A stretch of 32,000 nt of DNA from NCBI GenBank assembly GCA_028279805.1, contig JANQMZ010000007.1:660001-692000 (forward strand), in the 5' to 3' direction. The stretch comes from an archaeon (GTDB lineage: Archaea; Iainarchaeota; Iainarchaeia; Iainarchaeales; JANQMZ01). Positions 23,782 through 31,034 of this stretch are shown piece after piece. The position numbers and the translations under genes were made by a program. Positions within the stretch are counted from its first letter, which is position 1; each line of letters begins with the position of its first letter. The notes beneath the pieces were generated by a model. That model did no database searches. It saw only the letters and a list, made by a program, of their open reading frames with translations, and was not told the DNA's origin.

Positions 23782-24869
23782 AAAACATCTCCGACCAAAT
23801 TTAGCATTACATATCCTATTAATATTGCTGGTGCCAATGGTGCTGATTTTTTTAACATTATTGTGTTTTTTAATTTTTTTTCTTTCACCAGTCTTTTCAA
23901 AATTTTAATTTCCTCCTCTGTAACTCCTCTTGCTTTTTTTTCACTTACAACAATTTTTTCATTTTTTAATGACTGCAATTCTTTTAACCTATTTTCTTTT
24001 AAGTGTTTAATAATTGTTTTTATTCCAACAGATTTTTTTACAATTGCTTTTTTTCCTTTAATTATGATTGTCTGAGCGGGTATTTCCCCTTCTTCCAGCT
24101 GGGTTATTTTTTTTGAATAATTTAAAGCCGGTTTTCCGACAACATAAAGCTGAAAAAATGCAAACAAAAACAATGCAGATATTAATCCTGTAAAAATTTC
24201 AAACGATAAAACAAAAAGTCTTTCATAAATGCTCCATAAAAAAAATGCGTAAAAAAAATATTTTACACTTTTTGAATAATTTTTTTTAATTAAATAATTT
24301 AAAAACATCGCAAAAGCTATGCCAAGCAAAAACAATGTTCCGATGGGGTAAAAAATTTCTCCTGCAATAAGTATTGCCAAAAAGATTCCCATTTTTTTTA
24401 TTCTGTTTTTAAAATTCTGTAAAACTTTTTGCTTTAATTTTTTTTGTTTTCTCAATTCATTTAAAATTAGGAGAACTGAATACGGAAACATGGCAAAAAT
24501 TGAAAAAAACAATAAGCTTACTGTAAAAATTGGCAGAGAAATTGTTCCAAAAATTCCGGCAATATTGTTGTTAAAAGGATTTAATGCTGCGATTCCTGTG
24601 AAAAGTTTTACATCTCCTCCTGCCCAAAAACCAACTTTGTATAACAAAAAAGCCCATGTAAATGTAAAAAGTGTTGCAATTATTGAATTTGTTAAAAAAG
24701 AATAATCGTTTACAAAAAAAGAATAAATGCCATGTCCAGTCAAACCGATTGCAACCATTCCGTATGTTATTTTGTTTGAAATAATTCTTTCCTTCAAATC
24801 AGTATAACTTGCATAAATTAAGCCAATGACTGAAGTAAGGAATAAAAAAACAGGAAAAAATGCTGTCAT
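23763..24869 (-). CDS. Prepilin (class III signal) peptidase, A24 aspartyl protease family (EppA/PibD/FlaK-like)
   Basis: 368 aa and polytopic. The catalytic Asp motifs are ASYTDLKERIISN and FWAGGDVKLF. A Lys-rich soluble segment of about 105 aa sits before the last TM helix. Confidence 0.85.
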   Translation of the reverse strand: MTAFFPVFLFLTSVIGLIYASYTDLKERIISNKITYGMVAIGLTGHGIYSFFVNDYSFLTNSIIATLFTFTWAFLLYKVGFWAGGDVKLFTGIAALNPFNNNIAGIFGTISLPIFTVSLLFFSIFAMFPYSVLLILNELRKQKKLKQKVLQNFKNRIKKMGIFLAILIAGEIFYPIGTLFLLGIAFAMFLNYLIKKNYSKSVKYFFYAFFLWSIYERLFVLSFEIFTGLISALFLFAFFQLYVVGKPALNYSKKITQLEEGEIPAQTIIIKGKKAIVKKSVGIKTIIKHLKENRLKELQSLKNEKIVVSEKKARGVTEEEIKILKRLVKEKKLKNTIMLKKSAPLAPAILIGYVMLNLVGDVLWQFLI

Positions 24870-25048
24870 GCTCCCATTAGGGATGAAATTGTTTTATTTC
24901 TATAGTCAAGCAACTGTGTTTGTGATTCTGTTGCAATATTGTTTACAACAACAATTAATGCAGCTACAGCCAATGTTAAAAGTATTGCAAATGTAACCGT
25001 AAGCAGGTATTCAAAAGACACCTGTGCTTTTGAATCCATTTTAATCAT
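24866..25048 (-). CDS. Short Flp-like type IV pilin (class III signal peptide)
   Basis: 60 aa with N-terminus MIKMDSKA/QVSFEYLLTVTFAILLTLAVAALIVVV. The start overlaps the upstream stop by 4 nt. Confidence 0.7.
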   Translation of the reverse strand: MIKMDSKAQVSFEYLLTVTFAILLTLAVAALIVVVNNIATESQTQLLDYRNKTISSLMGA

Positions 25049-25332
25049 CTTACACAGTTTTGAGGATCAGCGCATGCATGACATTCTGATATTGTGTCCG
25101 CATCCAAATCCACCCATTCACAGTCTGCCACAGTATCATTGTCAACATCTGCAGCATCACACTGTACTTTTGTTTGCTTTTGGGCGCACAATGCTTCTTT
25201 TAATCCGGACTCTGTTCCCTGTTCCGCCTGTTGTTGAATTGTTGTCATAACAGTCAAAACTACAGCCGCAATTAATATTGCGCCGCCTATTAGCAACAGG
25301 TATTCTAAAGCGCCTTGTCCTTTTTTGTTCAA
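25045..25332 (-). CDS. Type IV pilin with a Cys6/Asp-rich C-terminal head domain
   Basis: 95 aa. A TTG start at 25332 is preceded by GGAGGG with 6-nt spacing. The N-terminus MNKKG/QGALEYLLLIGGAILIAAVVLTVM is followed by CAQKQTKVQCDAADVDNDTVADCEWVDLDADTISECHACADPQNC. Confidence 0.7.
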   Translation of the reverse strand: MNKKGQGALEYLLLIGGAILIAAVVLTVMTTIQQQAEQGTESGLKEALCAQKQTKVQCDAADVDNDTVADCEWVDLDADTISECHACADPQNCVR

Positions 25333-25356
25333 TTTTTTCCCTCCAATTTTTTATAA

Positions 25357-25500
25357 TTATGATGATTCTTCTTTTATTTCTTCTCCAATTGTGTTTGCGG
25401 TTGTTTTTAAGTATAATCCTATTATTGCGGTTACAAAAATTATTCCGCCTAAAATTATTAAATATTCCAAGCTGACTTGTGCTTTTTTCTCCTTAAACAT
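25357..25500 (-). CDS. Very short Flp-like type IV pilin (47 aa, absent from the ORF track)
   Basis: Hand translation of the minus strand from ATG 25500 gives MFKEKKA/QVSLEYLIILGGIIFVTAIIGLYLKTTANTIGEEIKEESS, with a stop at 25357-25359. The ATG directly abuts the stop of the upstream platform gene (25501). Confidence 0.7.
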   Translation of the reverse strand: MFKEKKAQVSLEYLIILGGIIFVTAIIGLYLKTTANTIGEEIKEESS

Positions 25501-26439
25501 TTAAGCCCCGCCGACAAGTGTTGAGCCCAAAAAGGCTGATGCGTAGAACACAAAATATGCAATTAATAGGAGCATTGGAATGTATATAATACTTTTGGTA
25601 ATTTTTCCGTTTCTCATTATTGCAAGCATTGCTCCTATCGCAATAGCCTCAATTAAAACATAAAACTGCATTAAGTTTACAATTAATTCTTTTGCATTCA
25701 AAGAATTTTGAATAATTGTTTGAGGTAAATTTAAGCCTGATGCAGCAGTTTCAATAAAAAATGCAATAATTGATGAAACTAATCCGAAAATAAACGGTGC
25801 GACAAATGCTCCGGCTGCAACCATAAACATTGCCTGCATTAATGTTGATGACTTTCTTTCCTCCTTTAATCTGTTCATTTCCCTTATGTCATCTGCTATT
25901 TCATCCAAAACATTTGCCAGTCCCGCGCCGGCCTTTATTGAATCAATTATTATGTTAACCGTTCTTTTAATCAGCCTGCTATCAATATTGTTTGAAAATC
26001 CGAGCAAAGAATTTTCCAGGTTGCCTCCCTCTTCAATTCTTCTTAATGCTATTTCCATTTCATCTGTTAACGGGCCGTATTCTGCATTTGTTATTTCTCT
26101 TAAAGCGTATTCATATGTGCCTCCCGCCTTTAAAGTGTCAGCCATTTGTTTTAATGCATCCGGAAAAGCCTGTTCTATTAATTCAATTCTTTTTTCAGCT
26201 TTAAAATAAGGATATCCTGCAAACAAGTCCAGAAAAACAACAAAAACTATTAATGATAACAATGGTGATACTGGCAGTTTCAAAAAAGTTATTGTAAAAA
26301 AACTTGCAATTCCAAAACCTGTTGAAATTATTATTGAAAGTATTATCCAGATTTTTGGATTAATTTTCCATCCGTATTGTCTTAAATGGTTTTCATAATT
26401 TTTCCATGCATTCATTTTAAATCCTCGGCTGCGTCCCAT
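25501..26439 (-). CDS. Type IV pilus platform protein, single T2SSF domain (TadC-like)
   Basis: 312 aa. Two N-terminal TM helices are followed by the cytoplasmic helical domain FPDALKQMADTLKAGGTYEYALREI...GPLTDEMEIALRRIEEGGNLENSL and then C-terminal TM helices. Confidence 0.8.
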   Translation of the reverse strand: MGRSRGFKMNAWKNYENHLRQYGWKINPKIWIILSIIISTGFGIASFFTITFLKLPVSPLLSLIVFVVFLDLFAGYPYFKAEKRIELIEQAFPDALKQMADTLKAGGTYEYALREITNAEYGPLTDEMEIALRRIEEGGNLENSLLGFSNNIDSRLIKRTVNIIIDSIKAGAGLANVLDEIADDIREMNRLKEERKSSTLMQAMFMVAAGAFVAPFIFGLVSSIIAFFIETAASGLNLPQTIIQNSLNAKELIVNLMQFYVLIEAIAIGAMLAIMRNGKITKSIIYIPMLLLIAYFVFYASAFLGSTLVGGA

Positions 26440-27499
26440 TAATGTATGAAATCATAAAAAGCAAAAGCAATGGCATTATCACCAAATATATTACCGCTAT
26501 TGACAACGGCGTTAAAGGAATTATTTGGAGTGCTCCTCCTCCGATTGATAACGGAACATTTCTTATTCCTCCTAACACCGCCACAAAAACCGGGAAAACT
26601 ATTGCTATGAAAATAAAAATGACCCCGAAAAAATTTAGCCTTTGGGCAAAATCTTTCATGCTGTTTTTTAATTCAAATGAAACATCTTCAGCTATTTCAG
26701 TCATTATATTTGACAAATTTCCGCCGGTTTTTAAGGCTCTGATTATGTGGGTTAAAGCATTCCTTAAAGGCTTTGATTCTGTTCTTAATGCCATATGTTT
26801 TAAGGCTTCTTTTGTATCTGTCCCTTCCTCTATTTCAATAATTGATCTTGAAAATTCTTCGGATAATGCGCCATAGTCTGCCATTGAAATGGTTTGAATT
26901 GTCCTGTATAATCCGAGGCCTGATTTTAATTCTGTTGCAATATGCCTTAATGCAAAAGGCAGTTCAACATTTATTGCATTTGCTCTTGCTGTTGATTTTC
27001 TTTTTGGAACCGACAGCATCACTATTTCAGCCATTAAAAAAGCCAGAATAGCTATGGGAACGATCAGTGCGGCATCCGGAAATCCTAAAAACAAGTTTAA
27101 GGCTCCGAAGACAAGCAATGAAAAAATTAATCCGATAAATCCTAAAATTGTTGAAATGGCAATCCATTGTTTTGCTGAATATTTCATATCAGCAGCATAC
27201 AAATAATATCCGAGTTTATCAGCAAAAGGCAGTCTTATTGTTATTTTTGTTAATGGTTCCAAAATTGTTCTTAACCCTAAATATAATCTGCCAAGCCTTC
27301 TTATCATCGGTGAATCAAAATCAACCAGATCTTCAACTCTTTGAATTTCTATTTCCGCTGCTTTCCCTTCAGTAATAATTCCGTGCAATTCGTCAAGGCT
27401 TTCTGTTTCAACGTTTAAATCTTCTTGTGAATATTTTTTTTTCATTCTTTTAACTATTTCTTCAACTTGTTTTGTATCAATGTTTTCATCTTCAGGCAT
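26417..27499 (-). CDS. Type IV pilus platform protein, single T2SSF domain (TadB-like)
   Basis: About 360 aa from ATG 27499, which is preceded by AGGTGA and lies 1 nt after the ATPase stop. It has FALRHIATELKSGLGLYRTIQTI...GALSEEFSRSIIEIEEGTDTKEAL plus TM helices. Confidence 0.8.
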   Translation of the reverse strand: MPEDENIDTKQVEEIVKRMKKKYSQEDLNVETESLDELHGIITEGKAAEIEIQRVEDLVDFDSPMIRRLGRLYLGLRTILEPLTKITIRLPFADKLGYYLYAADMKYSAKQWIAISTILGFIGLIFSLLVFGALNLFLGFPDAALIVPIAILAFLMAEIVMLSVPKRKSTARANAINVELPFALRHIATELKSGLGLYRTIQTISMADYGALSEEFSRSIIEIEEGTDTKEALKHMALRTESKPLRNALTHIIRALKTGGNLSNIMTEIAEDVSFELKNSMKDFAQRLNFFGVIFIFIAIVFPVFVAVLGGIRNVPLSIGGGALQIIPLTPLSIAVIYLVIMPLLLLFMISYINGTQPRI

Positions 27500-27500
27500 T

Positions 27501-29312
27501 TTAATCACCTGAGTTATCCAAATATTTTTGCATTTCTTCTGATACAATGCTCATTTCTCTTTTTTTTTCCTGAATAAGTTTTTTTAAAAAATTTTCTCTT
27601 TTTTTTAATTCTTCTAAAATCTGCTGGTTTGTTAATCCTGACAAGTCCTGTAATTTTTTCAAATAATTGCTCGGAATATTTGTTTTTTCAATGCTGTCTT
27701 TTGAAGCTGTTCTTTCAAAAAGAGTTTGTGTTTCAGGTTTTTTTTGTAATGCTCCTGTCACTTCTGACAATTCTGTTATTCTTCTAATTGTTCCTTTTTT
27801 TTTGTCATGCAACCTGTGCTGCACTAATACAAAGTCTAATCCTGATAACATTGTCACCGGAACATTCATTGGCGGGTTTGAAACTCTTATTATTGTTTCT
27901 TCACCTGAATTGGAGTGAACCGTGCCCAGAGAACCATCGTGCCCCGTGTTCATAGCGGTAAAAAGGGTAAAGGCTTCATCATGCCTTATTTCCCCGACAA
28001 TAATTCTGTCAGGACGCATTCTAAGCGAGTTTTTTGTTAAAATGTCCATTTTTATTTCCCCTTTTTCTTCTAAACCCGGAGGCCTTGCTTCTAATCTTAT
28101 CCAGTGTTCCAAAGGCAGATTTAATTCAGCTGTATCCTCAATTGTTACAATTCTTTCACTTTTGGGAACAAATGAAGCTAAAACATTTAATGTTGTGGTT
28201 TTTCCTGAACCTGTGCCTCCTGCAATTAAAATATTTGCAGGTCTTGTTCTAAGCCCTTCAACACATAACCACAGAAAAGCAGCCAATTCTATTGTTAAAG
28301 TGTTTGAATTAATTAAATCAATTATTGAATAAGGGTCTTTTCTGAATTTTCTTATTGTAAGACTTGAACCTGAAACAGATGCCGGTGCAATTGTTGCATT
28401 AACTCTTGAACCGTCCGGTAATTTTGCATCAAGCAACGGCGCACTAATGTCAACACGTCTCCCCACCTCTCTTGCTATTCTGTTAATAACATCGTTTATT
28501 TCATCATCTGAAAAAAATTCAATATTTGTTTTCATCATTTCATGTTTCCTATGAAACACGTAAACAGGTTTTCCTTTTCCTATAACCATTATTTCTTCAA
28601 GCTGGTCGTCCCTGATAAGCAAATCAATTAAACCATAGCCAACCATCTCCCTCACAACAGAATCTGCATAAAATTCAAATTTTCTTTTTGGAATTTTTAA
28701 TTCAGGAGATTCTTCCAGTATTTCCAAAATTTTCTGCCTGTAAACATTTCTTCTTTGTTCCGGGTCTCTGATTTTATATGGGGCGATTGAAATAAGTCTT
28801 GTAGCTGCCTCTTTTAATGTGTAAATTATTGATTTTTCGCTTTGATTTGGTTTTGGAACAGGAATATAATAATATAACAATGGCTTGCCGGGAATTTTGT
28901 AAATTTTTGTTTCTCCGTATGATTCAATTTCTTTTTTTTCCCCGCTTTTTAATTCTTTTTCTGCTTCAGATTGTTTTGGCGTTTCTTCTTTTGCAGGATC
29001 TTCAATTGTTTTTTCTTTTAATTCATGCAATGCTTTTTTTGCTTCCGCCGGAATTTCAATTTGTTCCTCTTTTTCAACAATTGGTTTTGCTTCCAATTCT
29101 TTTTCGGGAAACTCCTGTTTTTTTTCCAAAAATTCATCTGCTGGTTTTGTTTTTTGAACAGGTTTTTCTTTTAATTTTTTTTCAAAGCCGGTTTTTTGTT
29201 CTTTTTTTTCCAAAACCGTTTCATTTTTTTTTTCAGGTGCTTTTTCTTTTTCTTCTTTGGCTTTTTTAATCATGTCTTTCAAATAGTCAGCCACAGACAC
29301 ACCCACCAACAA
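27501..29312 (-). CDS. Type II/IV secretion-family pilus assembly ATPase (FlaI/TadA/PilB-like) with a K/E-rich N-terminal extension
   Basis: Up to 603 aa. It has Walker A ILIAGGTGSGKTT, Walker B PDRIIVGEIR and the His box NTGHDGSLGTVHS. The first approximately 130 aa are low-complexity K/E/P. The start is uncertain, with candidates TTG 29312, GTG 29306/29300/29294 and ATG 29273. Confidence 0.9.
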   Translation of the reverse strand: MLVGVSVADYLKDMIKKAKEEKEKAPEKKNETVLEKKEQKTGFEKKLKEKPVQKTKPADEFLEKKQEFPEKELEAKPIVEKEEQIEIPAEAKKALHELKEKTIEDPAKEETPKQSEAEKELKSGEKKEIESYGETKIYKIPGKPLLYYYIPVPKPNQSEKSIIYTLKEAATRLISIAPYKIRDPEQRRNVYRQKILEILEESPELKIPKRKFEFYADSVVREMVGYGLIDLLIRDDQLEEIMVIGKGKPVYVFHRKHEMMKTNIEFFSDDEINDVINRIAREVGRRVDISAPLLDAKLPDGSRVNATIAPASVSGSSLTIRKFRKDPYSIIDLINSNTLTIELAAFLWLCVEGLRTRPANILIAGGTGSGKTTTLNVLASFVPKSERIVTIEDTAELNLPLEHWIRLEARPPGLEEKGEIKMDILTKNSLRMRPDRIIVGEIRHDEAFTLFTAMNTGHDGSLGTVHSNSGEETIIRVSNPPMNVPVTMLSGLDFVLVQHRLHDKKKGTIRRITELSEVTGALQKKPETQTLFERTASKDSIEKTNIPSNYLKKLQDLSGLTNQQILEELKKRENFLKKLIQEKKREMSIVSEEMQKYLDNSGD

Positions 29313-29325
29313 AAGAGCTTTTTTT

Positions 29326-29333
29326 TATTTAAA
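29326..29333 (-). promoter_or_regulatory. TATA-like box (TTTAAATA on the minus strand) upstream of the pilus operon
   Basis: The minus strand reads GGTTTAAATAAAAAAAAGC, 15-30 nt upstream of the candidate start codons of the ATPase gene. The same GGTTTAAAT core occurs upstream of the coiled-coil gene and of rpl15e. Confidence 0.4.
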
Positions 29334-29410
29334 CCTATCTTTAAACGGGTTTAGAGCAACTTTTAAACTTTTTTACACGGGAATTGTTAAACTAAAAAAG
29401 GTGTATTTTT

Positions 29411-29701
29411 TTGTCATTGGAATCTGATTTGAAAACAAAAGTAAAAAAATACAAGTCTTTGACAGAAACTGCTTTGAAAAAAGTTTCAGTGCTGGCTGAA
29501 AAAGGTTCAAAAGAACATGACATTGCTTTGGACTATCTGGATATGGCTAAAAATTATTTCAATGACGCATGCTATTATGAGCAAAAAGGCGATTTTTTAA
29601 CAGCTTTAGCTTCTTTTTCTTATTCTCACGCATGGCTCGATGCAGGTGTCAGGGCAAAAATTCTGAAAGGCTCTGATGATAAGCTTTTTACGCTTCCTTA
29701 A
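29411..29701 (+). CDS. DUF357-family archaeal protein
   Basis: 96 aa. The TTG start is preceded by AAGGTG. The sequence ALDYLDMAKNYFNDACYYEQKGDFLTALASFSYSHAWLDAGVR matches the DUF357 pattern. Confidence 0.6.
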   Translation: MSLESDLKTKVKKYKSLTETALKKVSVLAEKGSKEHDIALDYLDMAKNYFNDACYYEQKGDFLTALASFSYSHAWLDAGVRAKILKGSDDKLFTLP

Positions 29702-29741
29702 CCAAAAACAATTTAAAAAGCCGAACACTTATATTCCAATT

Positions 29742-30227
29742 ATGGCTTTATATGATGAAAATCCTTTAACCGGTTTAATTTCAGATTCCCAAAATCAAAA
29801 AATATTTTTAATTATTTTAACAATAATTGCAATTGTTTTGCTTTTTTTCTTTTATGTTCTGCCTTTTTTTCAGGCAAAACCTTTAAACTCAAATTTTAAA
29901 GACAATCCTTTAAATTTAAACCAGAAAAGTTTTACTATTTTAAATGTAACAGCCACAAACACAACCGGAAACTTTTTGGAACTGTCAACAATAAGAGTTG
30001 AAGCTGATGCTAAAAACGATTTTTATGTAGGAGGAAATCCTGTTGAAATTAAAAACATTTCAAATCTTGGAATAAATGAACAAAGAAAACTGCAGTTTGA
30101 CATCCGGCCGAATCCTTCAAGGCTTGGACAGGTTTTGCCGGGCACTTATAATTTTAAAATTGTTTTCACATCAAACAATGAAACAATTCTGGAACAAACA
30201 GCTGTACTTGTTGTTGAAAAAAATTAA
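29742..30227 (+). CDS. Membrane-anchored hypothetical protein with a beta-rich extracellular domain
   Basis: About 161 aa from ATG 29742; the ORF-track start at 29676 overlaps the upstream gene. One TM helix (IFLIILTIIAIVLLFFFYVLPFF) is followed by a beta-sandwich-like sequence (FTILNVTATNTTGN...GTYNFKIVFTS). Confidence 0.45.
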   Translation: MALYDENPLTGLISDSQNQKIFLIILTIIAIVLLFFFYVLPFFQAKPLNSNFKDNPLNLNQKSFTILNVTATNTTGNFLELSTIRVEADAKNDFYVGGNPVEIKNISNLGINEQRKLQFDIRPNPSRLGQVLPGTYNFKIVFTSNNETILEQTAVLVVEKN

Positions 30228-30255
30228 TTCACAATTTTAAAGCTTTAAAAAATGT

Positions 30256-30525
30256 TTAATATTTAATTTCAAAATCCTTAAAATGTTCCAATTCTTCAAA
30301 TTCAGTCACAACATTTTCAACTTTTGAAGCAGGAGAGCCCTTTTCAATTTTTTGAACAAATTTTTTCAAATTTTTTTCGATGCCCTGGGCAACACATTCA
30401 ACTTTTCCGTTTTCTAAATTTTTAACCCAGCCTTTCAACTTTAATTCTTCAGCCCATTTTTTTACATGTGCCCTGAAAAAAACTCCCTGAACTTTTCCGG
30501 AAACAAAAATATGCATTTTTTCCAT
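30256..30525 (-). CDS. acyP: Acylphosphatase
   Basis: About 89 aa from ATG 30525 with IFVSGKVQGVFFRAHVKKWAEELKLKGWVKNLENGKVE. The start is uncertain (30546, 30525 or 30516). Confidence 0.85.
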   Translation of the reverse strand: MEKMHIFVSGKVQGVFFRAHVKKWAEELKLKGWVKNLENGKVECVAQGIEKNLKKFVQKIEKGSPASKVENVVTEFEELEHFKDFEIKY

Positions 30526-30577
30526 ATTAAACAAACTGAAAAACACTTTTTTTATTTTTTTTTATTTTAAATTTATT

Positions 30578-30892
30578 ATGAAAATTCTGCTTACAACAAC
30601 CAAAAATGAAAAAGAAGCTCAAAAAATTTCAAAAGAGCTTTTAAAACAAAAACTTGCAGCCTGCTGTAACATTATTCCCGGAATAAAAAGCTTTTACTGG
30701 TGGAAAGGCAGAATAGAATCAGATTCAGAATGCCTGCTTTTATGCAAAACCTCTGCTTTTAAACAAGAAAAAGCAGCTGAACTGGTTAAAAAAATGCATT
30801 CATACGAGGTTCCAAGCATTGAATCTTTTGAGTTAAAAAACCTAAATTCTGACTACAAAAAATGGCTTGAAACAACGTTAAAACAGCCTTAA
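30578..30892 (+). CDS. cutA: Divalent-cation tolerance protein CutA
   Basis: 104 aa with AACCNIIPGIKSFYWWKGRIESDSECLLLCKT and HSYEVPSI. Confidence 0.85.
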   Translation: MKILLTTTKNEKEAQKISKELLKQKLAACCNIIPGIKSFYWWKGRIESDSECLLLCKTSAFKQEKAAELVKKMHSYEVPSIESFELKNLNSDYKKWLETTLKQP

Positions 30893-30946
30893 AAATGGTT
30901 AATTTTGGCAAAAGCTTTTATTAACTTTATAATCCCTATTGTTATT

Positions 30947-31025
30947 GGAAGCGAGGGGTTCGGGTTCTATTTCATAGGCCTGATCAACCAACTCTCTTAG
31001 CAAACCCTTGCTTCCTCTTTTTTTT
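30947..31025 (+). ncRNA. Candidate structured RNA or terminator: an 11-bp G+C-rich stem enclosing about 47 nt, followed by T8
   Basis: GGAAGCGAGGG (30947-30957) pairs with CCCTTGCTTCC (31005-31015), with one G.T pair. Inner pairings GGTT/AACC and TCTAT/ATAGG are possible. A T8 run follows at 31018-31025. TATA-like TTTATAAT lies at about 30925-30932. The function is unknown. Confidence 0.3.
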
Positions 31026-31034
31026 GTGATTGTA

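Noticed and set aside
25278-25475. 65-aa plus-strand ORF in the gap of the pilus operon
   Set aside because: It is a leucine-rich, low-complexity ORF antisense to the 47-aa class III signal peptide ORF. That ORF has a canonical KKAQVSLEYL N-terminus and abuts the upstream stop codon.
27667-29269. Plus-strand ORFs (83, 136, 72 and 150 aa) inside the pilus ATPase gene
   Set aside because: They are shadow ORFs opposite a motif-rich ATPase frame. The 150-aa one mirrors the K/E-rich extension as F/L-rich sequence.
30947-31015. Split-tRNA half, C/D-box or H/ACA sRNA assignment for the G+C-rich stem region
   Set aside because: There is no T-arm or acceptor-like geometry. There is no C box (RUGAUGA) near the 5' end and only one CUGA. 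No ACA follows the basal stem. It is kept only as an unclassified structured-RNA candidate.
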